DNA from: Magallana gigas | Taxonomy: Eukaryota | Direction of reading: 5' to 3' | DNA length: 64,000 nt | Assembly: GCF_963853765.1 (NCBI RefSeq) | Contig: NC_088856.1 | Coordinates: 27,342,001 to 27,406,000, forward strand | Shown here: positions 13,471 to 25,506 of the stretch, piece after piece | Layout: every line of letters begins with the position of its first letter | Numbering within the stretch: position 1 is the stretch's first letter | Program-made: the position numbers and the translations under genes | The notes under the pieces: model-generated | What the model was told of the DNA's origin: nothing | Seen by the model: only the letters and a program-made list of their open reading frames with translations | Databases searched by the model: none

Positions 13471-15413
13471 TGTTGTACAGTGGGATGACAACACTGACCA
13501 ACGACAGATAAGGTAGAGTGTATCAAATCTTAAAATTATATGTATTTACTATTTCTCATCTGAAAAGAGCGTCCATTTCTTGGTATGCAGACATCTGGAT
13601 CTACCTGAAATTATGAAGATCAGAAAGTTCTAGTGAGATAATGAAAATAAAATTGTTGATCAATCTTAACACCTTAAACAATTAGTTCTGATATAAGTAT
13701 ATATTCAAGCAATTTGTTTTCATATGAACACTGATGAAAACGACCATTGCAATCCAAAGTTCTTCCGTTGTGCCGTCTCCGAAAAAGAAATGCTTCCTTT
13801 ACTTAGTCTTTGCACGATCATATTTGTTCATAAAGAACTGTGATCGTCGGATTTACTTCACAGTTTGAAGTTAGGGAGAAAAAATACATACATGTACCTA
13901 ATATTTTGGTTTTCCTGAAACTCTTAAAATCGACGTCATCATGGTCAAAGCAGCGTTTAATTTTCTTAAAATCTGAACCGATATCGATATTTTCCCGGGA
14001 TATCAAGCGAGTAAGAGACCCATAACTACTGTATGTTTGCTTACGGAGACTAACCGTAACGCGAGACTGGCTTTCAAAATATAACAGAGAGACACGATTT
14101 GATGAATCAAATTTAACTAAAACCCCTCTCCTCTTTTTATTTCCGTGATGGGGTTGGTTTTTCTCATTTGGATAAATTTTGCAATTGTTACCTGTGGTAT
14201 TGATTTGTAAGAAAATGATTTGTATATAAAAAGATATTTGTCAAAAAAAAAACCAAAAAAACCAAAAACCAAAAAAAAAACAAAAACAAAAAACAAAACA
14301 AAAAACACGTTACTGTTAATTTTAGGAGGCGATAAATCTATTTAAGATTACTCGTTAAAATAAATATCGAATGCATTTGTAAATTACTTCGAAATACAAC
14401 GAAGCTAAGAGATATACATGTGTATGTACATGTAAATGTCTCTGGAAATACTTTGGAAATGTTGGTGGTTAGAAAAAAATAGATTTATTAGTTAATGTTT
14501 AACTTTTGCATGCTATGTTTAATGTTTTTGTTTTATGTAACTCATATTCATGACATATGCCGACATGGTAATTGTCAATAAATGAATTTGATCACACCTG
14601 ATACATATCAATTTGTTGTCTAAAAACTGTGTGAAGAGAACATGTACAATCATGTACATGTATACTATATTCTAAAATAAATGTAAAAAGCACAGTATTT
14701 TGAAGCGTTTAAAGAAAAAAATTCATGATCAATAAGCATGAAAACAACACAATGCTCTGCTACCAATGAAATATAAATCAATTTAACACAAGGTCTAAAT
14801 AACTGTGATTTTCCGACAATGATGATTTTGTATTTTCAATGCAGTGTATGTATACAGACCAATCAATTGAATGAAGATGTCCATCGAGTAGGTACTAACC
14901 TAAATCTTTTATATTCTAAATCGTGTAAGGCGAAATATCAAAGTTAAAATAATTTATTGTGTTCCAATAAACGTGCAAAAATGATCAAAAACAATATATG
15001 GATTCATTGAAATGATATTCAGTGTATCTATAAAACGCAATATTATTGGAAGAATAACATAGACTATAAATTACTGTTGTGAATTCTTTAGGAAGAAAAA
15101 ACCCCCCACTTTTATACATACACAAACGCACAACAAAACGAAACGGTCAATTTGAATTGAGAATAAATCAAATAAATAATACATAAATAAAACAAATAAT
15201 AAAATGGGCGGCGTCACAGATTAGATGTTGCAATTTGAACGTTCTTCCTGTTATTTCTATCAATTAGTATTAAATCAATGTTACACGAATGCATTTTCCG
15301 TCTACGTGCAATCGATATATTTATTTAATTGATTATCGTTATCTCCACTATTTAAACGTTATATCATTTACACAATAGTACCATTATCTAGAATAATTTC
15401 ATTTCATACAGCT

Positions 15414-17806
15414 ATGCGGAACCTTTTACTCCTTTGCTCTCTTAACTTAATTTGCAGGATTTCAAGTTCGTTTTTTATAACACATTTTTATTCAAAATGA
15501 CCATTTTTTTGCTCATGCTTTTAACAATAATATTAAAAAAAATGAATTTCATTTTATAATTTTCAGTCTGCATCACATCAGAACCTTGTACGTTTTCTCC
15601 ACATACCGATGGATGTGGAAACCTTGGATGGATGTGGCAATGTGGACACCGCAACCTATCCGTGATACCCCATGGTCAGCACATACCACCAGAATATACA
15701 AACACATCATTGACTTTGGATTTATCCGGAAACCGCTTTACCACACTATCCATGGAAACATTCAACACAATTGGCCCACTTCTCCGACAACGCATCGCAT
15801 CTCTTTTATTACGAAGTAACCCCATTCAATCTATTGGAAACTTTTCTTTTCAAGCTCTACGGAATCTTTGTGAATTGGATCTTTCTAGCTGTCGTCTGCA
15901 TACGGCGTCTTTTGAAATTAATTCGCTTGCAAACCTTAATAGGTTACAGATTTTGTGTCTGCATAGTAATTCATTTCAGGTCAGAGGATACCCCGATGTT
16001 GCTATTTCAATGGCAAGGACAATAGAAAACTTGACAATTGATGTGTTTGATGGATTTCAGTTTGGTTCGCCGTTTCAAAATTTGACTAATTTGAGGATTA
16101 TCAAATTTTTCACCGGAAACTCTAAGTTCCATTTAACAAATTCCACTTTCCGTGGGTTGATAACATCTCCAATAAGGAATTTGGACTTGAAGTTCAGAAA
16201 CATGGTATATTCTGATGTAAGTGATGAAATATTTTGTTCGTTTCCTTTTTTAAGAGGTGTACATATTGAGTTTGGAGGAATGTGTGATCTGAACGTAGCA
16301 TTAAATTCGTTGAAGTGTCTTCGAAATCGGTCAATGGACCACGTTGTTGCATACGAAAATAAACCTAATGTTGTTACAAAGGCAGTATTTCTCAATAATG
16401 AAAATTGTAAATATCTATTCAATATTTGTTCCAAAAGAGTTGAACTAAGTGAGAATCGTATCGCAGGAATTTCTGACAACCCTTTAGTTACACTTATGGG
16501 TCAATGCATGGAATACTTTGATATTTCATCAAACAGGATTGAATTTATTAACCCTTGGTACATGGTGGATTTTGTGACACGATATCCAAATCTACAGGTC
16601 ATAAACATAAGCTCAAATGACGACCATTGCAATTGTGAGACTTCCTGGGTTCGCAATCACCCACAAAATTCCGCGCTAATGACAAACAATGAAGAAATCA
16701 ATGAATTCCCATTCAACGGATTTGTCTCAAATATGTTTTTCACCAACATTTCAACGATGATACATTTCAAAAAGAGAGGGGTAATTACATTTAAGATTTC
16801 CGAAACAATAACAGTGTTGCAGCTTTCAAAAAATTACTTACACCCGTTAAATGCTCTCCCTCGTTTTAATTTAAGACTCAGTATCAATGCCAAGAATTTA
16901 AAAGAATTACACTTAGTACATACTACTTTGTCATGTGAAACATTGGCACCTATTGAGGCTCCTTCGTTGGAGATCATTGACATTTCCAACAACGACTGCA
17001 GCATTATAAAAAGAAACATTTTTATCTTTGCTTTAAAATTGAGAATTTTTTGGGCATCTTATTCCAATCTACGTTTTGCTAGTAGCTTTGAACACGGAAC
17101 ACTTTTCCGTGGCCTGAAAGAATTGCGGAAAGTTGATGTAAGTCGCAATTCAATAACATATTTGCCACCAACCATGTTTGAAGATCAGGAAAATTCACTA
17201 TCAACTGTGAATTTTGATTCTAATTTGTTCTCGACAATTCCCGTGTCAAATTTGAAAAACCTTACTCACTTATATATACGTCAAAATAAAATTTCTTTTT
17301 TTACCAGAAATGATATTGAAAAAATAATGTCAATGAAAAAAGCCATTATATTCATTGAAGGAAATCCAATAAGTTGCGAGTGTACACACATTCGGTCATT
17401 GAAATGGATGAAAGAAAACCAAGACAAGTTTGGAGATTTGAATAAAACTCTATGCATCAATAAAAAGGTGCTGCTGTCGACATTTGTTCACCAAGAGGTA
17501 TTTAAAAAGTTTGAGTTGATGTGTCAGTCAGATGCTTGGTTGATAGGTTCCACATTTGCTTTGTTTTTTGTTTTGACTATTTTGCTTACAACAGCAGTTG
17601 TTAAAAGGTATCGTGTCCATGTAGATTATGTTATTTTACGCCTGCGTAGTCGATGGAAAGGCGTCATTCACGTTTCAAATTCTGACGAGTTTCGGTTTGA
17701 TGCTTTCGTCACCTACACCGAGGAAGACTACCAACTCGCCTGCATTACTTTTTACCAAGCTCTGACCAGTCTGGGTTTCAAAATCAGCATACCCGCTAGT
17801 TTGTAA
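15414..17806 (+). CDS. Toll-like receptor TLR-A (exons 15414-15465, 15567-17806; ~763 aa): signal peptide, LRRs, LRR-CT, TM, but TIR truncated before the BB loop
   Basis: Signal exon MRNLLLLCSLNLICRIS with phase-1 intron; LRRs; NPISCEC LRR-CT; hydrophobic TM; TIR box1 FDAFVTY; ends FKISIPASL* where paralogs continue DKDFLPG. Confidence 0.88.
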
Positions 17807-18599
17807 CTAGTCAGTTGTGTCCATATTGTATTTAAAGACAACTATACTCTACTTTCACTGCACACATAGATCACGAAAATCAGTAGGCCATTGACGACAA
17901 TGTTCCTGTGAAATTGTTCACCTCTTGTGTACATGTATAATATAAAATATTTTGTTTTGACGTATTTTCTATGCCGAAAATTAGATAAACTCTGTTTTTT
18001 TAGTAACCCCCCCCCCCCCCCCCCCTAAGATTTGTTATACTTTTTTTTCAATATTTATTTTACAATGTCAGAGTAATGGTCACAAAATGTGAAAAAAGAT
18101 AACAGACGTAGTGTCTTTTTCTTATCTCGAAAGCTCGAAAGAATTCACAGAAGACGAATCACTGTACTGTCTTTATTACTATGGCTTTATTACTAATACG
18201 TCTGATATAGCTAAATACATAATTATGTACAGTTAATTAAACACATTTGATGATAGGTTACACAAATTACACAAGCAATTCAGAGATTACAATTGGCATT
18301 TGGCAGCCAACAGTTCAATTCAATGTCAATGCGCCATAAATTGCTGGTAACCCTGGAAGGAGGACAGCAGTTAACCAGCGATGGCTTGTATAGCTATTCT
18401 GTATCACTCGCAAGGACCGACGCAGAGATAAAGCCATGATGTTAAGAATACTGGATTCTCAGCTGAAAGCATACAAGTAAACCAGCAGCAAAAAAAATGA
18501 AACAAAATTAGTTAAATGTCAAGATGACAACATATGTGGGCAACCTAACCTAATAGTAGGAATTATTATTAAACACATAATCCAATAGAATTAAAGTAC

Positions 18600-19730
18600 A
18601 GGAAAGGTGTGTGTTGTCTTGATGAAAAAGAGGAAGATGCTATTTCTGGCATGCGTAGGTGCGCTAGGATTGGGTAGAGCAGGAATACCAGAGTCGGGGG
18701 AGTTATCTCGCTTGCCATCAGATGCGCATTCTTCTTCGATAAATGGAATTTATCACACAGGGTTGTAAGTTGACTTGTTTTAATGAGGTCGCTACATATT
18801 AAATGACTGGATATTTCCCTTTCTTTCATCACTTGATCATAATACCTTTTGATTTGGGGCAAACAACAGGCGATTTATTTACTATGATTAGCTTCCGTGT
18901 ATTGACAGTGATTTTGATCTAAAAAAGTACATATTTGCAATGAACTTTTGGGCTGAATCGGTATAAGTTGCAATTGACAAATGTTCTAAAAACTGCTGTG
19001 TGAATGTGACACTGCGTCTGTTTACTGAATGTTTAAAAGGAGCTAGTCGACATACTTGGTCTTGTTTTGCCTCATGAATGAAGATTATTTTGAGAAAGAA
19101 AATGGCATTGATATTTTACTAACCTATCACCTGAAGTAAATTAAGGTGGTATGGGACATCTGTCGATATTAGGTGGATTAAAGTACTATAGAATTTTCAA
19201 ATTTTACAATATTAAACCAAAAAAAAAAATAGCTTTTAAAAATATTTGAAAAGGTAAAAATTGTAAAACCCTTAGCGGGATTCGAACTCATGACTTACAG
19301 GTTCGTAGTAAACCCTCTAACCCACTGCGATACGGAGTTATATGACCATTTTGGGAAGGAAATTACTTATATAATTACAATTTATTTTTTTGTTCATTTC
19401 GATAAACAATACGTCACAACATGGAAGTGTCCCATACCACCTTAATCTAAAATATTGCCTAAGGCATCGTCAAGGCGGTGAGTGTCTTGAATTGGTGACA
19501 ATGATGCATTATCTGACTTAGATGACTGAAAAGGAAATCGAACAGCTGTTCTGCTCATTAAACAGAAGAAATCTTGTAGTGTTTCTTTCTGTATAGGAAT
19601 TTTGTTTTACAAAATTGATGTATTCTTTCAATTGGCACCGGTAGGTTTTGAAACAAATTGACCAGGATAATGTTGCAGCCGCTCTATCACTGTGCTTGAC
19701 ACATCGTCAAAGCCGAATTATATGACTAAG
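18600..19730 (-). pseudogene. Highly degenerate ORF remnant, possibly a retroelement (Penelope/LINE-like) N-terminal region, interrupted by a MITE
   Basis: Removing the 19145-19441 MITE and one TTAA gives a continuous frame ...RLDDALGNILD*FTSGDRLVKYQCHFL, then after a frameshift RLAPFKHSVNRRSV...; several stops; family assignment weak. Confidence 0.3.
19145..19441. mobile_element. 297-bp Kolobok-like MITE with TTAA target duplication and an internal tRNA-like segment
   Basis: TTAA|GGTGGTATGGGACA ... TGTCCCATACCACC|TTAA; minus strand 19268-19340 has TCGCAGTGG (A box) and GAGTTCGAATCCC (B box). Confidence 0.85.
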
Positions 19731-22700
19731 TATTAATTGAATCTCATTGGATTATTAATTTTACCAATATACCTTGATTAGTAATAATTCTGCTTTTAAT
19801 GTCTTAACCAATAACCATATGACTATCATGTACATCGTATTTTGAAATCCTTGTAAAAATTGCAAAATATATCGTGGATGAATGCCCTCAACGTTAATGT
19901 ATTGGTTTTACTGAAATAGCCCTTTGCAAATTTGATAAATATACTTCAGAGGACGAAGTTACACCTTTTTATTTTTTTTAAATATGAATTGTTTTGGCAT
20001 CTCAAAAGAAACAAATATCGATTACCTACTTGTATAAAATGTGTCCATTGTTCGCTGAATGTAAACGAATGCTTGTTTTAATGCTTGGCCAATGAATTTG
20101 GTAATATAGTTCTAATAAAGTTTCATTTACACATATCTGTATTCATTTGTTCTAGCGTGTAGTTTAAAAAAGGACATGATTGTTTCTCCGGATCGAGAAG
20201 TGTTACAGATAATCTAATATATGAAATATATAATTTCTCTGCATTAGGTGAAAACAACTATGTACACTCATGTTCTCATTATGAACCTGAAAACAATTTC
20301 ATTTTATCCTAGATTGTTTGAATACAAATGTTTATCATATTGGTTGTTTTTACAAATACTTTGAAACGTTTTAACAGGTCAATAACTTCTACTTAAAAAA
20401 AAAGACAACCTAATCAAAAATATAAATCTCTTAATTGCTTCTCTCTGTTTAAACAACTAATCTATTCTAATAACAATACAGACATGCTTTTTAAACAAAT
20501 AAACAATTGTATTGTGAAAATGTATATAATTAGCGTTACATTGTTTGTCAGATTCAATATGATAATAAATAAAACTCTCCGCACTTGTTACAGCAGTTTT
20601 GTATTCTTTTGTATTCTTATGTATCTTTATTCCTAATTATAAATATATGTCTGTTGTTTGAATATTTTCTTATAAACTAAGGTTATCTAAACTGTTACAC
20701 TGTTAATTGAATGGACTTTGGTCGGACGTAGGAAAACAAGGACTTGTAAAAATTACCTGGAAATAAATGAAACCCAGAAAATTCCCAACAATAACACATA
20801 TGAAATATTTCCTGTATTAATGCCAACTTTCTAAGGTATAAAATTAATCAAACTTTCTCTCGTCAGTTCCTCGTCATTTTATCTTCCTTATTTTGTGAAA
20901 TAATAGATGGCACATCTCATCGTCAAGCATAACAATTTTTTCTTTCCGATTAAAGTTAAAACATCATTAATATATCTTGACAGACAAAAACTCATATCAG
21001 ACAAAGGAGATCGTAATGAGTAAGAGCCCGTCTTATGATATCGCGGTAGAAAAATCATTTTGTCGAAAAATCGATCATTAAGGAAATATTTCCAGAAACT
21101 AATGTTATTGTGAGTTTCCTCTATTGTATACCTCAGTGATGTTCAGCGTGTCTCTGTTTACTATGTTAGCAGAAATAACGCGATACCATAGAACTCGCGA
21201 TATGATAGGAAACAAGTATATTTAAGCGATGTTTTCACGTAATCAAAAAGAAAAAAAAATTACAACAACAGATCAAAGATAGATTGGTAGATTGGAGTGT
21301 CGACCCTTTTTACGTCCATACACACACATATATTCAAACACTTGCACTACCTTATCATGTTTACGTTCCACATACTATGGATTGCGTGTTAAGTGAGTGG
21401 AGAACTACTGCAGATATACCATCATAACACAGACAGTGTACTCAAAGATTAAAATGAGTTTTATAATGAGTTTAATAATGACATCACATCATAGTCTCAA
21501 AGTGCAACGTTAAAAGCAAAAATCAAAGTTCACACAGCCGGTTGTTATTACTGTGGCTCTTTCATTAATATGAACTTACCCTTAGGATGACAACGTGTGA
21601 ATGAATCACATTTGTAGACAAGACAAAAAGCTAAACATAAAGCATGGAATTCTTATTTTCGAAAGATATCACCTTATTACAGCAACGGAACTTGCAAACA
21701 AATTTTATTATGAGCTAACGCATGTTTCCCAATTTGCATGCACACACCACTGCAGTTTTGTGACTATATCTTAAAAATGATTAAAGGCTTAATAAGATCG
21801 CAACTCTTCTTTCTTTTCCTCTGATCTCAATTCTATATCTCACTCTAATCCCATACCCACCCTTTGAATACATAAACGTCATATGGCGTCAGTCTAAAAG
21901 AATTTACCTCGATAAACGTTATCACCTTTAACGTGCTTATTGCAATGTATTTGACAGATGTAATTTTGAAACTAATCTATTTATATAACGAAAAAGGTCC
22001 TTAAGACACTTTCAAACTAAGGACAACTTAACATAATTATTTATTCTGTAAATATACATACAATCAATAAAATGTTTGTCAGTGCTCGAATGATACATGT
22101 AGTTTCTTTTTTTTACTTGAAAGAAAAATTTCCTAATCATCTACATCAACATCTTTAATTTTGCTGTAAACTCTTGCGTATTTTTTTATATTAACCTCTT
22201 TTGTAGGTAAGTAAAGCATTTTCACATATATTTCATTATTTTCAAAGCTTAGCACAAATGTTTGCATCAAGTTTTGTTTTGCATTCAAAATAAAATAGAA
22301 TCTGAAACTATTAACTAAAGTATTCTTTCGAGCTTGATTATCGAATTTTATAAATTCACTTTATAGATATCCTCTTATTCTTTTGTTTCCCCAGAAAAGT
22401 AAAGTTAATCATTAACATCAAAACTTCCATCCGTGGCCTGGGATCGTTTGATTTTTATAATTTACTGTAATTAATTATTTATTCAATATTGAAATAAAAC
22501 CGTTAAATGTTACTCATCTTTAAGAAAGAATCTCGGATATTGAATAAGGGCAGATACATTTATGATTATAAATTGTCAGCTAAACGTTTTATATTTCTTC
22601 CAAATTTATTTTGATACAGTTTATAATACAAGTAAAGTAAGTGTGCGTTAAGAAAAAGAAAACCAAAACAGTAATATTTTTATGTATATAGTTCTAAAAT

Positions 22701-23028
22701 GTTTAGTCTGATTAAAATAAACATTATTGTTCATAATTTTTAGAACAATTTTTAAAACCATTATTTATTCTTTACTACAAGTATTTGATTGGTCATGCAG
22801 GTATCTGTCAATTTTCACAGAATTTTAAATACATGCATGTTAACTATGCACCATTTGAATTTCCTAAATGAACAGGAACTCTTCTAAATTTTGAAGCCTT
22901 TTGCTGGTTTTAAAATGGTTCCCGTTTGTAAAGAAACATAAATTGTGCATACTCAATATCCTTTCTCAACAAACGAACGTAGATAAACACTTAAAACGAA
23001 AAACCATCTACTAGTATCATTCCTCCAT

Positions 23029-23290
23029 GCTACTTCCTTTCTTTGGTTTTTATTTGTAATTTTCAAGGTTCTTGTTTATCAATGGTTTTGTATTTTTTAT
23101 ATTAACTTCTCAGCTATTATTTGTTTAATTATTTTTAAAAAATATAATGTTTTAGACGTAATCAAAAAAGCATTAGAACTTTGTTTCAGGTCAACGCAGT
23201 TGATAGATTTGGAAATGATGGATTGCTTTGGCGATGTGGCAACCGGAACCTATCTGAATTACTCGATCACATACCATTAAAATTCTCTTG
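23029..23290 (+). pseudogene. 5' relic of a D-subtype TLR (psiD1)
   Basis: Degenerate signal exon, then VIKKALELCFRSTQ-fs-DRFGNDGLLWRCGNRNLSELLDHIPLKFS*, homologous to TLR-D EVIRNSSKSCIMSMHTDGCGNRGLLWQCGNRNLSEIPEHIPLKY; start coordinate approximate. Confidence 0.8.
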
Positions 23291-23327
23291 AATCTTTACC
23301 GAAACAAAGATTCAGATAAAATATGAG

Positions 23328-23751
23328 TACTGTAAATGCCTAATTTTACGCGAGTTCTTAATTCGGTTTTATTTTGTATTAAATCGCGAAAAAATGAAAT
23401 CATGATAACCAATTTTTGCAATAAATTCCTTTAGTACAAAACTGTCTGAAGAATAAAAACGAGATTGTAAAATCCGCGGCTGTTGCTTTTCGCGATTTTA
23501 AGGAAAAATTAATTCCTCGCGTTAAATTAGGAATACTGTGGTTTCATCACTATTCGTTGAATACCAATTTTCGTTGTTTTCGTTGTAAAATTTATCCTTG
23601 AAATTAAATATTCATTGAACTGCAAATTCTACTAAAATTTTGTATTGATAGGGTCATTGGCCACGAATTTACGTATCCTTGAAACTGTGATTTTCACTTT
23701 ATCCACGAAAAATGATACCCTTGAATATTAATGAAACCACAGTGTACAGTA
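23328..23751. mobile_element. TA-target MITE with a second MITE (23534-23744) inserted in its right TIR
   Basis: Outer TACTGTAAATGCCTAATTTTACGCGAG ... CTCGCGTTAAATTAGGAA[insert]TACAGTA; inner TACTGTGGTTTCAT ... ATGAAACCACAGTG; empty paralogous site GAGTATTCTAG at ~35722. Confidence 0.85.
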
Positions 23752-24737
23752 TTCTAGGTAAGAATGGACGAAGGCACCATGTATTTTTCTTTTTTATCAG
23801 AACACATCTCTTTAAAGGACTGAATGATAGTGGCTATTTTAAAAACCATTTTTTAATCCACTGAGACCTCCTTAATTAAAGGAAATTAAAATCTACAATC
23901 ATAAAGTGTAAAAGAAAATGTTCAAATATTAAAGCAAAATTGTATAGAATTTTTCAAATTAATGTTTATATTGAGCCTTAAAATAATTTCTTAAAATTTC
24001 AGATAGATCTGATTGTATATATTGTTGACCACCCAGTACAATCAGACACTTTAAAGGTTTGCATTGACAGAATATTAATCGTCTATATACAAGCTTTGGC
24101 ATGGATACAAATTGCACATATGCGATTTCTATTGCATTTTTATATGTGCATGATTTCTTGATTCAGAAAGGAAAACTTTGCAAATGTGATAGAAGATTAG
24201 AGAAAATCCCGTTTAAAAAAATAATGTTTCCTTTTGAAAGAAAAAGGAGCAGAATTTTTCTGTTACTTTACAGAACATTTTTAAAAAATTTAGATTAACA
24301 CATTTTGACAGCATGATAGTATAAGTGTGTGAAGAAATTTCATTCTGTATTTGCCATTTCACAGCGATGTATTATTCATACGATGTACTCAAAGCTGATT
24401 TCTTAATTTTCTCATAAAATAATGACATCTTTTATCAAATAATAAAATTCCATGGTTTCAAAATCATTTTGAATAGAGGAAAAGCTTGGCTTATCTTTTG
24501 TTAAATATTATCTTTAATCTTAAATCTATTAACTGGAAATAAAATCATGCTCCAAAAACGTCCCTAATTATTGACAACTGATAACTACTAGTACATGTAA
24601 AAGCCGATTACTAGACAAGTACATTAACAAAAGCATGGACGTATCTTATATACCGTGCATCTGCATCATGCAGGCTTTAAAATCTCAAATATAAAAACAA
24701 AGAAAAAAGGAGATTTGAATTCTGAATAAATAAACAA

Positions 24738-25318
24738 AAGGACTATGTGCGGTATGGTCAAATATCTGCCCCCGATTTTAACCAATTTTTAAATAGTATC
24801 GTATAAAAATAAAATCTTCACAAATTATTGTATAGAGGATGCCTATAACTATAATAATGATTTTAGTCATTATTGCTCTTTCGCTGTGTGTCTATGACGT
24901 CAACTTAAAGGCCCAATTCCGACAAATTTGCAAACAAATGAAAATATTCTCATTTTTGCTCTATATTTTGCATTCAGAAGTATAGAGCGCAGGTCTGCTC
25001 AAGTGCGATTTTAACATATGGCTTTTTTCAGATAGTTATACACATTATACTAAAATATGGCACTTCAGCAAGCCTGCGCTCGATGTTTCCCAGTCGAAAA
25101 ACCATCGGAAAACACCCATATTTTGCTACAAAACATCAATTTATCAAAATAATGCAATATTCATGACGTCATTTCTACATTATGACGTCACTGTGGTGAT
25201 AACCTTTTAAACCTTTATTTCCAATATGATTTAAACTATCTTTCACCTTATTTTAAAGCTCTTTCTAAAACTTTGATTTTGGGGGGCAAAAATTGCATAA
25301 AACCGCACTTAGTCCTTT
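24738..25318. mobile_element. Kolobok-like TIR element ~190 bp upstream of the TLR-B start codon
   Basis: AAAGGACTATGTGCGGT..TGCCCCC versus GGGGGGCAAAAATTGCATAAAACCGCACTTAGTCCTTTA; absent from the paralogous upstream region of TLR-C (~36680-36740). Confidence 0.7.
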
Positions 25319-25506
25319 ACTTTGTTCAAGGACCGTTAGAATTTAATGATCTTCCTGTTATTATAAAAGCATGTAAAATGTGTAGTTCATTTATTAATTT
25401 AATTGATTTTTGTTGTGATCTATCTAACAGGAATAATCAATTGTGTCCGTTAAAACTTTTAAGACATAAAAAAACATTGTCTTGAAGAACTGGTATTGAT
25501 ACAGCA

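Noticed and set aside
16075-16479. 134-aa antisense ORF and similar short ORFs overlapping the TLR genes
   Set aside because: Shadow frames of the TLR coding sequence; not conserved as ORFs across paralogs
19268-19340. Possible tRNA gene (also 9886-9957)
   Set aside because: Acceptor and anticodon stems do not pair properly and both lie inside TTAA-type elements; treated as tRNA-derived relics
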